From an uncultured Verrucomicrobiae bacterium (lineage in GTDB: Bacteria > Verrucomicrobiota > Verrucomicrobiia > Chthoniobacterales > JAFAMB01), in the NCBI GenBank assembly GCA_963762565.1, contig CAVXLD010000014.1, forward strand, positions 64,001 through 128,000: 64,000 nucleotides of DNA. The letters are read 5' to 3'. The notes below the pieces were generated by a model, which was not told the DNA's origin, made no database searches, and worked only from the letters and a program-made list of their open reading frames with translations. The position numbers and the translations under genes are program-made. This document shows, piece after piece, positions 49,005-59,251 of this stretch; the first letter of the stretch is position 1; every line of letters starts with the position of its first letter.

Positions 49005-51002
49005 GTGAAATGGTCGCCGGAATCGACCCAACAGAAGCTAGCAATCTATGGAAGGGATCTATCGACTCGTTCTCGTGCATCTATCTTGGCGGTGTCAGCT
49101 ACGGCCACGTTCGCCTTCGCCGGTGAACCGACCCAGGACTCAAAATCAGTCAGCGAAATCCCGCCAAACTTTACCGAACAGACCGGCAGCTTCGAGTACG
49201 TCCGCCGGACTGAGATGGTTCCGATGCGCGATGGCGTGAAGCTCTACACGGTCATTTTGATCCCCCGTGGGGCCAAACGGGCTCCGATCTTGCTGAGCCG
49301 AACACCCTACGACGCAGCGGAGAGGACAAAGATGCGACCCAGTGAGCATTTAGCAACCGTGCTCGGGGATTCGGATGTCGTTGATGACCTCGTTCTGCAC
49401 GAAGGTTACATCCGGGTTCTCCAAGATGTGCGCGGCAAATACCATTCGGAGGGTGACTACTTGATGAACCCGCCGCCGCATGGCACCCCGATCAACCCGA
49501 CCAACGTGGATGACTCAACCGATGCGTATGACACGATTGATTGGCTGGTGAAGAACACCCCGGAATCAAACGGCAAAGTCGGTATCTTAGGCATTTCCTA
49601 CGATGGCTTCACGACGTTGGCTGCCCTCATCCATCCGCATCCGGCCCTGCGGGCTGCGATGCCAATCAATCCTATGGTCGACGGTTGGATGGGCGATGAC
49701 TGGTTTCATCAAGGCGCATTCCGAGAACTAGGAATTGACTATTACTACGGTCAGGAGGCGGCACGGGACAACGAGCAGAAATGGTGGTCCGATCACTTCG
49801 ATGATTATGAGTCTTGGCTGGCCGCCGGCTCGGTTGATGAAATGGCGCGCCGGCACGGGTTGGATCAGGTTGGGTTTTATCGGAAGATCAAGGCGCACCC
49901 GGCATACGATTCTTTTTGGCAGGCCCAGGCCATGGATAAGCTTTTGGCTAAAGAGCCGGTCTCAGTTCCGGTGATGCTGGTGGACAGCCTTTGGGATCAG
50001 GAAGACATTTACGGCGCAGTTCACGTTTACGCGGCAATCAAGCAAAAGGATACCGACCACAAAGTGTTCCTCGTGCTCGGACCGTGGTTCCATCACCAGG
50101 CGCGCCTGGATGGCAGCGCGATCGGCCCTATCAAGTTCGGGAGCGACACTGCGGCCTATTTTAGGGAACACCTAGTTCGCCCATTCTTTGATCATTTTTT
50201 GAAAGATGATGCGCCTCCGGCCGATCTGGCGCCCGTGACCGCTTTTGAGACCGGAACAAACCGTTGGGAACGGTTGCCTACCTGGCCGGCGACCGAAGAC
50301 CATAGTGAGATAGATCCGGCTTCGCTTTTTCTGCAGCCCAACGGCAAGCTCGGTTTCAACCGAGCACCCGCTGCCGAACCCGGCTTCGACGAGTATATTT
50401 CCGATCCAGCCAAGCCCGTGCCGTTTTTGCCCCGGCCGATTCATATTGAAGGCGAAGAAGGATATCGAGATTGGCAAACTTGGTTGGTGCGGGATCAGCG
50501 TGAAGCCTCAGGTCGTACCGACGTTTTAACCTACACGTCGGATGTTTTGACGGCCCCTCTGAAAATCAGCGGCACGCCGGCCGTGAACTTGATAGCAGCT
50601 ACCACCGGCACCGATGGCGATTTTGTCGTGAAGCTGATTGATGTTTATCCGGATGAGAACGGTCGCGATCCAAATATGGGTGGTTATCAACTGATGATCT
50701 CAGCCGATATTTTCCGCGGCCGCTATTACGAAGGCTTCGATAATCCGAAGCCGATCCCGGCCAACGAAAAAGTCCATTTTCGATTTGAGCTACCGACGGC
50801 AAATCACGTCTTTTTGCCCGGCCATCGTTTGATGGTCCAGGTCCAATCTAGCTGGTTTCCGCTATACGATCGTAATCCGCAGACTTACGTTGATAATATC
50901 TTTCTGGCTAAGCCTACAGACTACAAGAAAGCAACGATCAGGGTATTCAACAACGGCCAAGACAGTAGTTTTCTTGAGTTACCAGTCGTCGCCCACCAAT
51001 GA
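49005..51002 (+). CDS. CocE/NonD-family hydrolase (alpha-amino acid ester hydrolase/glutaryl-7-ACA acylase-like)
   Basis: PMRDGVKL, QDVRGKYHSEG, GISYDG nucleophile, GPWFH, SSWFPLYDRNPQ; start uncertain. Confidence 0.93.
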   Translation: MKWSPESTQQKLAIYGRDLSTRSRASILAVSATATFAFAGEPTQDSKSVSEIPPNFTEQTGSFEYVRRTEMVPMRDGVKLYTVILIPRGAKRAPILLSRTPYDAAERTKMRPSEHLATVLGDSDVVDDLVLHEGYIRVLQDVRGKYHSEGDYLMNPPPHGTPINPTNVDDSTDAYDTIDWLVKNTPESNGKVGILGISYDGFTTLAALIHPHPALRAAMPINPMVDGWMGDDWFHQGAFRELGIDYYYGQEAARDNEQKWWSDHFDDYESWLAAGSVDEMARRHGLDQVGFYRKIKAHPAYDSFWQAQAMDKLLAKEPVSVPVMLVDSLWDQEDIYGAVHVYAAIKQKDTDHKVFLVLGPWFHHQARLDGSAIGPIKFGSDTAAYFREHLVRPFFDHFLKDDAPPADLAPVTAFETGTNRWERLPTWPATEDHSEIDPASLFLQPNGKLGFNRAPAAEPGFDEYISDPAKPVPFLPRPIHIEGEEGYRDWQTWLVRDQREASGRTDVLTYTSDVLTAPLKISGTPAVNLIAATTGTDGDFVVKLIDVYPDENGRDPNMGGYQLMISADIFRGRYYEGFDNPKPIPANEKVHFRFELPTANHVFLPGHRLMVQVQSSWFPLYDRNPQTYVDNIFLAKPTDYKKATIRVFNNGQDSSFLELPVVAHQ

Positions 51003-51934
51003 AGACACTCCTTCTTTATGCCGTCGTAGTGCTGATTTGGGGTTCAACCTGGTTTGCCATAAAGCTTCAACTGGGCAGCGTCCCGAGCCAAGATTCCGTT
51101 GCTTACCGATTTGCCTTAGCCGCCTTGCTCCTATTCGCCTGGTGCTGGATTCGGCGTCTGCGGGTCAAATTCACTCTTCGCCAGCATTTTTGGTTAGTTC
51201 TCCAAGGAATCACCGTGTTCTCCAGCAATTACGCGCTGTTCTATGAAGCGGAGAAACACTTGGTGTCCGGAAGCGTCGCCATCATCTTTTCTCTGTTGGC
51301 TGTGTTCAATATCTTGAACAATTGGTTCTTCTTCAGGGTGAAACCAACGTACCAAGTCATTATTGGTGCGCTACTCGGCCTGTTCGGAATAGCCTTAACC
51401 TTTTGGCACGAACTCCTGAACCTGAGCTCAACCTCAGACAACCTCTTAGGCATTATCTTGAGCGTGGTGGCTACGCTGGTGGCATCGTTTGGTAATATGG
51501 TCTTTGTCCGGCTGCGCAAAGATCAGATGCCCATTGTCCAAGGTAATGCGTTCGGGATGTTCTATGGAACTATCATACTTTTTGCCTACGCCTGTGTTGC
51601 CGGCGGCAAGTTCAGCTTTGATTTCGCTCCGGGCTATATTTTCTCCCTGTTTTATCTGTCCCTTTTTGGCTCGGTGATCGCGTTTGGATGTTATTTAACA
51701 TTGGTCGGACGCATTGGCGCCGACCGCGCTGCTTACAGCAGTATCCTGTTCCCAATCGTTGCTCTTTTTTTCTCGGCAGCATTCGAGGGCTACCGGCTCA
51801 ATTTGCTGAGCGCCATCGGCATTGTTTTCGTTCTGATCGGAAATGCTTTGGTGCTCGCCCGTAAACAGCCTGCCAAGGCCACGCCGGCTTCCACCGGAGA
51901 AACACTCGATAGCGGCAAAGCTGTCGAAGTATAA
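50999..51934 (+). CDS. DMT/EamA-family transporter
   Basis: IWGSTW, about ten TM helices, FGSVIAF..YL.L..RIG. Confidence 0.93.
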   Translation: MKTLLLYAVVVLIWGSTWFAIKLQLGSVPSQDSVAYRFALAALLLFAWCWIRRLRVKFTLRQHFWLVLQGITVFSSNYALFYEAEKHLVSGSVAIIFSLLAVFNILNNWFFFRVKPTYQVIIGALLGLFGIALTFWHELLNLSSTSDNLLGIILSVVATLVASFGNMVFVRLRKDQMPIVQGNAFGMFYGTIILFAYACVAGGKFSFDFAPGYIFSLFYLSLFGSVIAFGCYLTLVGRIGADRAAYSSILFPIVALFFSAAFEGYRLNLLSAIGIVFVLIGNALVLARKQPAKATPASTGETLDSGKAVEV

Positions 51935-52199
51935 ACGATCAAATCCGATTACCCACCAATCGGGGTAGCCTCATTTGCGCGGACTTGCAAAGGATGTTCC
52001 CCCCGCGCGAACAGCGTGTAGTCAACACCTACAGAAAGGCAGATTCAGCCTCCAGTTACAAACTGAAGTCGACACGAACGGTAGTACTTCAGTAACCTGC
52101 AGAATCTTGGAACGGATGGGAGCTGCCGAGTCCTTTGTAACCGGCTCCGGCCATCGGTGAGTCTCCTTATACCAGAAGTCCAGGGTAGAACTCGATCCC

Positions 52200-53357
52200 A
52201 TGAAAATAAAGTGGTTCGGACTCTGTTGGCTTTTGCTGACGCAAATCCCGTTAACGGTCTCGGCCCAATCCCTGCCCAGTGGATTGCCGGGCACATCCGA
52301 CGCCGCATTGACCAGTCCCATAACTTCGGAGCAGCTCGACGCAAACGAGAATGGAAACGATACAAACTTGTTTGCGGCTGAACCCGGGCTGGCGCCAGGC
52401 CGGCTGACGGTCTTGCCTCAGGACGGCCGTACACTCTATTTCCAGGCCATCGATTCCGCCAAGAAGGAAATCCGGATCGAGATTTGTGTGCTGGAAGATC
52501 CGCAGATACTACAGCACATACAGGCAGCTCTTTCCCGCGGGGTCAACGTTCTCGCAATCGTGGACCGCGGGAAGTACATGGCGCTCGCCTCAGAGCAACA
52601 GAACCTTGCCATGTATCTGACGAACGCGGGCGGTCAGCTTCACTTGAGTAATCCCGTGTTCCCAAGAAGTTTCCCCAAGATCATTCTCGTCGATTCCAGC
52701 CTGCTGGTTTACGGCTCGGCATGTCTTGATGAGACGACGTTCCTTCAATACCGGGACTTCGCGACCACCAATTCCGATCCGCGGATCCTGGATGAGCTGG
52801 AGCGTCTGTTTGAAAACGATTGGACATACTCGGCCGAGGTAGGACAACAGCCGCCTGCGTTCAACCCAACCTCGCGGATTTCGCTGACCGATCTGATGAT
52901 CTCGCCCATCAACAGCTCGGATCGACTAGTACGGCTTTATCAGAAGGCGCAGCAGACCCTCGATGTTTACACAGAGCTCCTCGGGAATCTAACGCTGGAA
53001 AGCGAACTATTTGCCGCGGTTAAGCGTGGCGTGCGGGTCAGGCTCATCGCACCGGTACAGGTGAACGGCGCCACGCCGGAGATCCAGCAACTCCAGACTG
53101 ATTCTCTCAAGGCCTTAGCTGCCGCCGGAGTAGACGTCCATGTGAGCGGCCCGGAGGAGAGCGCCCAAATGCCTTACATGCATGCGCGGGCCGCTGTAGT
53201 AGACGGTAAGATTTCTTACCTCGGCTCGATCAGCCTTTCCCCGAGCTCGATTACTTTCAACCGGGAGATGGGCCTGATCTCAAAGCAGCCACTTCTGGTG
53301 CGCGCTCTCGAGGCACAGTTCGAATCGGACTACCGGTTGCGAACCCAGCCGTTTTGA
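52200..53357 (+). CDS. Secreted phospholipase D-fold protein with atypical HKD motifs
   Basis: Signal peptide; two PLDc-like halves with FPKIILVD and HARAAVVD. Confidence 0.8.
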   Translation: MKIKWFGLCWLLLTQIPLTVSAQSLPSGLPGTSDAALTSPITSEQLDANENGNDTNLFAAEPGLAPGRLTVLPQDGRTLYFQAIDSAKKEIRIEICVLEDPQILQHIQAALSRGVNVLAIVDRGKYMALASEQQNLAMYLTNAGGQLHLSNPVFPRSFPKIILVDSSLLVYGSACLDETTFLQYRDFATTNSDPRILDELERLFENDWTYSAEVGQQPPAFNPTSRISLTDLMISPINSSDRLVRLYQKAQQTLDVYTELLGNLTLESELFAAVKRGVRVRLIAPVQVNGATPEIQQLQTDSLKALAAAGVDVHVSGPEESAQMPYMHARAAVVDGKISYLGSISLSPSSITFNREMGLISKQPLLVRALEAQFESDYRLRTQPF

Positions 53358-53395
53358 GTGACCGCTTCCGAGGTACGCTCGAATCGGAGGTTAAT

Positions 53396-53548
53396 ATCCG
53401 CAGATTTCGCAGATTACGCAGATTACGGTTTCAGCTTCTAGTCACACGAAAAGGTAAAACAGAACGCTGGAGGCCACGAACGATGTTTCTATCCCTGGCT
53501 AAACTCACCCCTTAATCGAAATCTGCGTAATCTGCGTAATCTGCGGAT
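53396..53548. repeat. Fold-back element with CGCAGATTA/TAATCTGCG nonamer arms
   Basis: Three units per arm, between convergent genes. Confidence 0.93.
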
Positions 53549-53551
53549 TGT

Positions 53552-54563
53552 CTATCTTTCTTGAAGCGCGGCCCGCGCTACCACATCAATTGCGCATGGA
53601 TTCGTGACCATGTCGACGTGACCGAAATCTGGAAGGATGGTCACCGGGATATCTTTTCGATCCGCATCGAATACGGGTTCAAACTTTTCCGCTAGAAACA
53701 GCTCGTCTTTCGCTCCTACAAATACCTGCATCGGCTTCGAAACTGCTCGTATATCGGCCGCGAAATCCTCGTGAGGCTGAAAATTCAGGAGCAATCTCCA
53801 AGAATAGGCATCGGTCACAGAAGGAACATCGGGCGGGACAGCGAAATGAATGACGGGCAATCCGTCGAAGAAATGAATACCAACCGCATTCAATGCCTCC
53901 AGACCGATCAGGCGTCCCACCGACACCGTGGTCCAAACCATCGGTTGCGTAGAGACCTGACCCGCCGGCGTAGCCGATTCAGTACGCACAGTTGGCGCAT
54001 CGAACCTCAGAAAAGGAGATAACAAGATAAGATATAACGGTCAAACGATTGTCCGACCGGCTCGGCGGCAATCCGGAGCGCAAAACGGCCCCGGAAGAAA
54101 ACCCAATCAGAGTCCATTGGGCGCCTTGATGATGCGGCTGAATAACGCGCATGAAATCGGCCATATCATCATCCAGCTGGCCAAGATAATTAATATCCCC
54201 GTGCGGATGATTATCGCCGTGCCCGCGCAAATCGGGCACGTAAACCGTCATACCCTTGGCCTGCATGGCCTTCGCCATTACGTGCATATCCGCACTGCTG
54301 CCGGCGGAACCATGAATCAGTACAACGACTGCTTTGTCACCGGCCGTGTACGTCCGGTAGGCAAGTGCCGCCCCATCCCGCGCAGTATAGCGTTCAACCG
54401 GCGGCAGTCCCCCATAATCCATCGTGGCAAACGGCTTCGTCACTGAACCCAGTGGTTCCGGCGCCTTAGCCGTCCCGAAGATCAACAACCCCGCAACGCC
54501 CCCCACCACAACCACCGCCAACAGAACAACCGCTATAATCAGACACTTTATAATTAGCCGCAT
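53552..54563 (-). pseudogene. Frameshifted alpha/beta hydrolase
   Basis: LIHGS, DLRGHG, GFSSG, then a shift near 54090 and an AAGAT duplication at 54024-54033; C-terminal GHVDM in another frame. Confidence 0.85.
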
Positions 54564-54577
54564 AGAAAAAGAATCAT

Positions 54578-54630
54578 GACTGATTACTGACCTACTGCTT
54601 ACCGCTTACTGCTTACTGCTTACTGACCAC
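54578..54630. repeat. Solo CTGCTTA/CTGATTA heptamer arm
   Basis: About seven units directly after the stop of the AlkZ-like gene. Confidence 0.85.
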
Positions 54631-55700
54631 TACCCCGCGTTCATCCCTAGAAACGCGCAATACCGCCGCTGGGCTTCTTCCAATGCCCGCGCTTCCGTTT
54701 TATTCAGCGCTCGGAAAAAGCTAGTACTAATCCTGACGGCTTTCTTCGTCAAGTTCACGTTTCCAAGTACCGACTACTTTCCCATCAATAACCATCGTGG
54801 AAGAAAACATTCCGTTCGATCCAGGTTGAATCTTTTGGGCGTCGGCTGGATCCAGCGATGCACTCCGATCGCGATACCCCAGCAGGTACTCATCAAACCC
54901 GGGAAGAAGATAGACGATTGGCGCCTTCTTTCCCAAGCTGGGCGCTTCCGGATTCATCCAATAAACCTTGTCATTAACCGTTAACGATTGGAGACGCGAT
55001 GAAATCATGCCCAGACCTGCCTTCGCGTCACTGATCTTGAGTCCGGACCACCAGACAAAATCCTGCAGTGTCGCGGGACCATGGCCCTTGAAATAGCGCA
55101 AGGCAAGCTCGGCTAATGCGGCCTCGTGATCCAATTTGCGCATTTGTGGTGTCCATTCATCCAGCAAAGTAAAGGTCGCTTGTTTACCTCGGCGCGAACC
55201 AAAGCAGATGACCCGCTCGACTCCCATTCGCCAAAGAATGTGACGTCCGCGCGGGCCCTCCACCGAGATTTTGGCGCGCTCTAGTATTGCGTAGACTTCG
55301 TCGCGAGTTAGTTGCTGCGAGCCTTGCAAAGCCTTGACCAACGCTTTCCGGATGCGCGACAACTCGGCTGCATCCAACCCGTAGCGTTCATGGAGAAAGT
55401 TGGCTGTCGAAATAATTCTTGGTCCCAAAAGCTCTAAGAGCCAATGCACATCGGCTGCCGCTACGAAATGCAGCGTGCTGCGTAGTGGCCAGGTCCTGAT
55501 TATTGCGCGATCTACAATCGAGCGTTCCACATCATTTTCGATGGCCGCCGATAAGCGCAGACCAATCGCCCAGAGCGTACCCAGATAATCCTGAGCCTGC
55601 ATGCCGCCAAGCGAACTCACGACTTCTGCCGGCCCTTTGCACCTCGACGCGGCAATTTGCTGATTAATTAACCGATAACGCGCTATTTCCCTTTGGTCAT
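54630..55700 (-). pseudogene. AlkZ-like winged-helix (HTH_42) DNA glycosylase with terminal frameshifts
   Basis: QAQD, RTWPLRSTLH, LLPGFDEYLLGY; ATG 55700 is out of frame; the natural C-terminus continues in another frame to TAG at 54630. Confidence 0.8.
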
Positions 55701-55737
55701 CGGGTACCCAGCTCTGTCATCTGTCATTTGTTATTTG

Positions 55738-56851
55738 TCATTCGCCTTGGTTGCCACAATTCGCCGCAACCCAGACAAAGAAAGCGTGCATGGTTCGTTC
55801 CAATTCCAACCTCCAGAGCCAGCGCATCCGTTCTCGGTCGTCAGATTTAATACACCATTCGGTGACCGTATAGAGGCCTTGTGCAATGCATAACTTATAG
55901 TCAGCAATTAGTTGACCCCAATCATAGCCACTCACTCCGTTGGCTAGCAGTTGCCGGTGATACTCTCGTAAGACGGACATCTCCAGATCTCGTCTCAACT
56001 CCGTGTCCCAATATTGCACCATTAAATACGACAAATCACTTACTCCAAGCCAAGTGGTGAGCGACCACGTAAACGGTTGCCGATCCAGGAAACAGACTTT
56101 TCCTTCCTTAATCGGATAGAGGATGTTCCCCGGGTTAATATCTCCGTGGACGATGGTAAATCCGATGGTGTCCTTGGCCCTTTCCAACATTTTGCCTGGA
56201 TGATATTCGAAGATATCGAGGATCGCCTGCCGCCAGGAATCGGATATATCCGTCCGCGTTGCAACCAATAGTGAACTCAAGCCTTGTCTGACATGTCCGA
56301 TATATTGGTCGAGTTTCGACTTTTCCGGTATACGTCCTTTCAGTTGATGGATCTGTTCTTCGCCCCAGGCAAAAGCATGCGATCGTGCTAAAGCGGCCGC
56401 GCCACAGTCCAAATTCCAGATTTAGCTTAGTGTCTTTCTCGTGGGTATCGGACAGATCTTCCATTAAGATCGAATAGGAACCATCGTCGGCAGCGTGCGC
56501 AGCGTAGCAGTTTGGTATCGGCGCATCGGCGAGGCGGAGGTAATCTCGAGCGTAGTAATTAACCTCTGAGTCGTTTACAAACCCAGTGCCGGCTTCGACG
56601 GTTTTCAATATTAAGGATTGCGGAGGTTCACCTTGGGTGCCGCCGCCGTATCCGATCCGGATCCGCGTGATGTGCGAGTTGGTGCTGGCTGAAGAGCCAA
56701 TGGCAATATTGCGTATCTCACCTGACGTTAGCGCTCCATTCCGTTTCAAGAGCGCAGTCAGCCAAACTTTATCGATTTGGTTCGGGGGAGGGGTGGGTTC
56801 GTCAAATGGCACAATGAACGTCAGGTTGACGGGTTCGGAGTGTCGAATCAA
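55738..56851 (-). pseudogene. Frameshifted aminoglycoside-phosphotransferase/ecdysteroid-kinase-like gene
   Basis: EVNYY and ILMEDL in one frame; HGDINPGN and FLDRQ in another; shift near 56410. Confidence 0.82.
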
Positions 56852-56985
56852 CCGTAGAGCGGACGTCTGAGTTTAAAACTCCGAGGCGAAGTCGGGAGTT
56901 CAGACGACAGGGAAGTCTGAGCGTTCACGGCGCTGTCGGCGCTGACGGCGTTCTCGGCGTTAACTAAACTGTGCTATGGTCTGCC

Positions 56986-57339
56986 GTGCCAACAAACGTT
57001 CTTGGTGGAGAGCTGCGCTGCTGTTGCCGTGATCCGGTTACCGGTTTCTATCGAGATGGTTATTGCCGCACCGGTTCTGGCGATTTCGGGCTGCACACGG
57101 TCTGCGCCCAGATGACCAATGAATTTCTCGAATTTTCCTATGCCCGCGGTAACGACCTGGTAACGCCACAAGGCGATTTTCCAGGACTGAAAGAAGGCGA
57201 CCGCTGGTGTCTTTGCGTGACTCGCTGGCACGAAGCCTTGGAGGCCGGTGTAGCTCCTCCCGTCGATCTTCATGCTACGCATGCTTCAACTCTGGAGTTT
57301 GTGACGCTGGAGGAATTGCAAGCGCACGCGTCGACGTAA
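56986..57339 (+). CDS. DUF2237-family protein
   Basis: NVLGGEL..C..DPVTGFYRDGYC, GNDL.TP, GDRWCLC. Confidence 0.93.
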   Translation: MPTNVLGGELRCCCRDPVTGFYRDGYCRTGSGDFGLHTVCAQMTNEFLEFSYARGNDLVTPQGDFPGLKEGDRWCLCVTRWHEALEAGVAPPVDLHATHASTLEFVTLEELQAHAST

Positions 57340-57349
57340 TCGGTCGGAA

Positions 57350-57440
57350 CCTGTCGCGCCGCAGGCTTGGCGAAGGCGGAGACCGTGGAGCGCTGCCTCG
57401 CTTGCGAGGCCGTGGTGACCAGGGCGATGGCGCTACCACC
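57350..57440. repeat. CCTGTCGCGCCG..GGCGAAGGCGGA hairpin plus CCTCGCTTGCGAGG REP-like unit
   Basis: Matches 9680-9711 and 7505-7533; CCTCGCTTGCGAGGCCG also at 43496-43512. Confidence 0.8.
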
Positions 57441-57542
57441 GCCGTTCCTTTTTCTAAGCTCTGTATCGTGCCGATAGAATTTCGATCCGGAAGCCGATAG
57501 AGCGCACAGCGCGAAGGGTATCAAGCGTGGCGGTCTCCCTGT

Positions 57543-57938
57543 TCACCTCTCGGATGGCTCCCAAAGCTCGATCTGATTGCCATCTGGATCTGTAAGCCAG
57601 GCAAAGTTCCCCATGGGATATTCCGCAGTCTTTTCGATGGCCACGCCAATACTCTTAAGATGACTGAGGACTTGTCCCAAGTTCTTCACTCGATAATTAA
57701 TCTGACCCGTTCGTGGCTTGTCCTTGATGTCTTGATCAGTGGGAATAATTGCCCACGCTGTCGTTCTCTTGATCTCCGGATTTTCAATATCCCTACACTC
57801 AAACGTTGTATAGATTGAGTTGCACTCACCATCTTCGCCCTCAGGAACTATTCCGAGGCAATCGCGATACCAGGTTGCCAATCGCTTAGGATCGTCGGAG
57901 AACAAAAACACTCCTCCGATGCCATCAATCAGGTTCAT
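57543..57938 (-). CDS. VOC/glyoxalase-family protein
   Basis: GIGGVF, WYRDCLG, DPDGNQIELWEP. Confidence 0.92.
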   Translation of the reverse strand: MNLIDGIGGVFLFSDDPKRLATWYRDCLGIVPEGEDGECNSIYTTFECRDIENPEIKRTTAWAIIPTDQDIKDKPRTGQINYRVKNLGQVLSHLKSIGVAIEKTAEYPMGNFAWLTDPDGNQIELWEPSER

Positions 57939-57983
57939 ATTTTTCCCTCCCACATAGTAACTTCTTTCATCATAGATTTCATG

Positions 57984-58913
57984 TTAACGCCTCATCCCTG
58001 CCGGTTTCCTAACCGGTAGGCATAGGTCTAAGTCAAAATGCGACCAATCCGTCGCGCTTTCTTTGTCTAAGAAAATCTCAAGTGCCGGCGCATGCTCGGG
58101 CTCGTAGGCGCTCTTGATAAGCCAATCTCTGTAAAGGTAATCCCAAGCAGTCGCTACCTTATGGAGATCGCCGGAGACCTTTATGACGGCGTATCGCCTG
58201 GCTGGCATTTTCAATTTCGACATTCCTTCCATGCACTCGAAGGGAAAAGACGACGCCACACAAACCTCATATCGATAAAGATGCTTTGGGGTCACATGTG
58301 GATCGTCTACCGTCATCCCGAAAAGAATTCCTTGCGTGAAAATATCCTGGGATTTGGCCCATTCGATTATTGTCTTGAGCGCGGCAAGTACTCTGTCCAG
58401 TTCGAAGGCATTCTTAACCCGAATATAGGCGACTTGCCTTTCGGGAACGTCGATCAATCTCACCGGAAAAGCAGCTCGCTTTTCTTCCGCGCTCATGGGG
58501 AGACCATATTCATCTTCCGGGAAGAGTTCTTTGCAGATCTTGCTCTTTTTGATCTCCCCGCTTTTTCGAAACTCACTTGGCGAAGTGTCGTAACCGGATC
58601 GGAAGGCACGCGAAAAGGTGGCCGATGACGAAAAACCGCAATCCAAGGCTATATCGGTCAGGCTTTGTTTGGAATAACGGAGAAGACGAGCGGCCTTTTC
58701 CAGACGAAGCCGATTCGTAAAATTATTTAGGGTTTCGCCAGAAACCGCTGTAAAAACCCGATGGAAGTGAAATTCCGAGAAGCAAGCAACCCTGGCCAGC
58801 TCAGCTAGCTTCACCGGGCGATCCAGATTCCTCCGAAGATGGTCAATGACCCGATCAATTCTTTGGACATATTCGCTGTTAGCCTTTGCGCTTGGCGCGG
58901 ATTCTTTTGCCAT
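57984..58913 (-). CDS. AraC-family regulator with GyrI-like domain
   Basis: FSEFHFHRVF, IALDCGFSSSATFSRAF, C-terminal GyrI-like domain. Confidence 0.93.
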   Translation of the reverse strand: MAKESAPSAKANSEYVQRIDRVIDHLRRNLDRPVKLAELARVACFSEFHFHRVFTAVSGETLNNFTNRLRLEKAARLLRYSKQSLTDIALDCGFSSSATFSRAFRSGYDTSPSEFRKSGEIKKSKICKELFPEDEYGLPMSAEEKRAAFPVRLIDVPERQVAYIRVKNAFELDRVLAALKTIIEWAKSQDIFTQGILFGMTVDDPHVTPKHLYRYEVCVASSFPFECMEGMSKLKMPARRYAVIKVSGDLHKVATAWDYLYRDWLIKSAYEPEHAPALEIFLDKESATDWSHFDLDLCLPVRKPAGMRR

Positions 58914-58981
58914 CGTGTCGTAGAAATATATCCCAATTAACCCTTTGCGGTCAGCATCCAAAAGGCGAGGAAGCAGGTTTA

Positions 58982-59205
58982 AGCCTCGCGCAAAGGACGC
59001 GGAGGACGCAACGGATTATTCTTTTAGTCAAGTTCGGCCGGACGGTTTGCCAGTCGTTTAATGCCGTTCTTAAGATGTTCCTCGCCAAAGTTGATTAGGT
59101 ATCCGAGACGCAAGTTCGACCCGGTTGTAGCAACCGTCCACCTGAGCCTCAATCCACATTATCTCCTTGCCTTCCGTCGCGTCCTCCGGTCCTCTGCGCG
59201 AGGCT
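58982..59205. mobile_element. Nonamer-armed element enclosing a GxxExxY gene remnant
   Basis: ~34-bp imperfect IR 58982-59015/59173-59205 built of GAGGACGC(G/A)-like units. Confidence 0.75.
59024..59119 (-). pseudogene. C-terminal remnant of a GxxExxY-family (PD-(D/E)XK-like) protein
   Basis: Minus strand reads SNLRLGYLINFGEEHLKNGIKRLANRPAELD*; AGGAGA and an out-of-frame ATG lie ~40 bp upstream. Confidence 0.8.
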
Positions 59206-59251
59206 CTGTTTCCTCCCTTAGCTCCTGTTCAAGAGATTGTACCCTTCCTGA

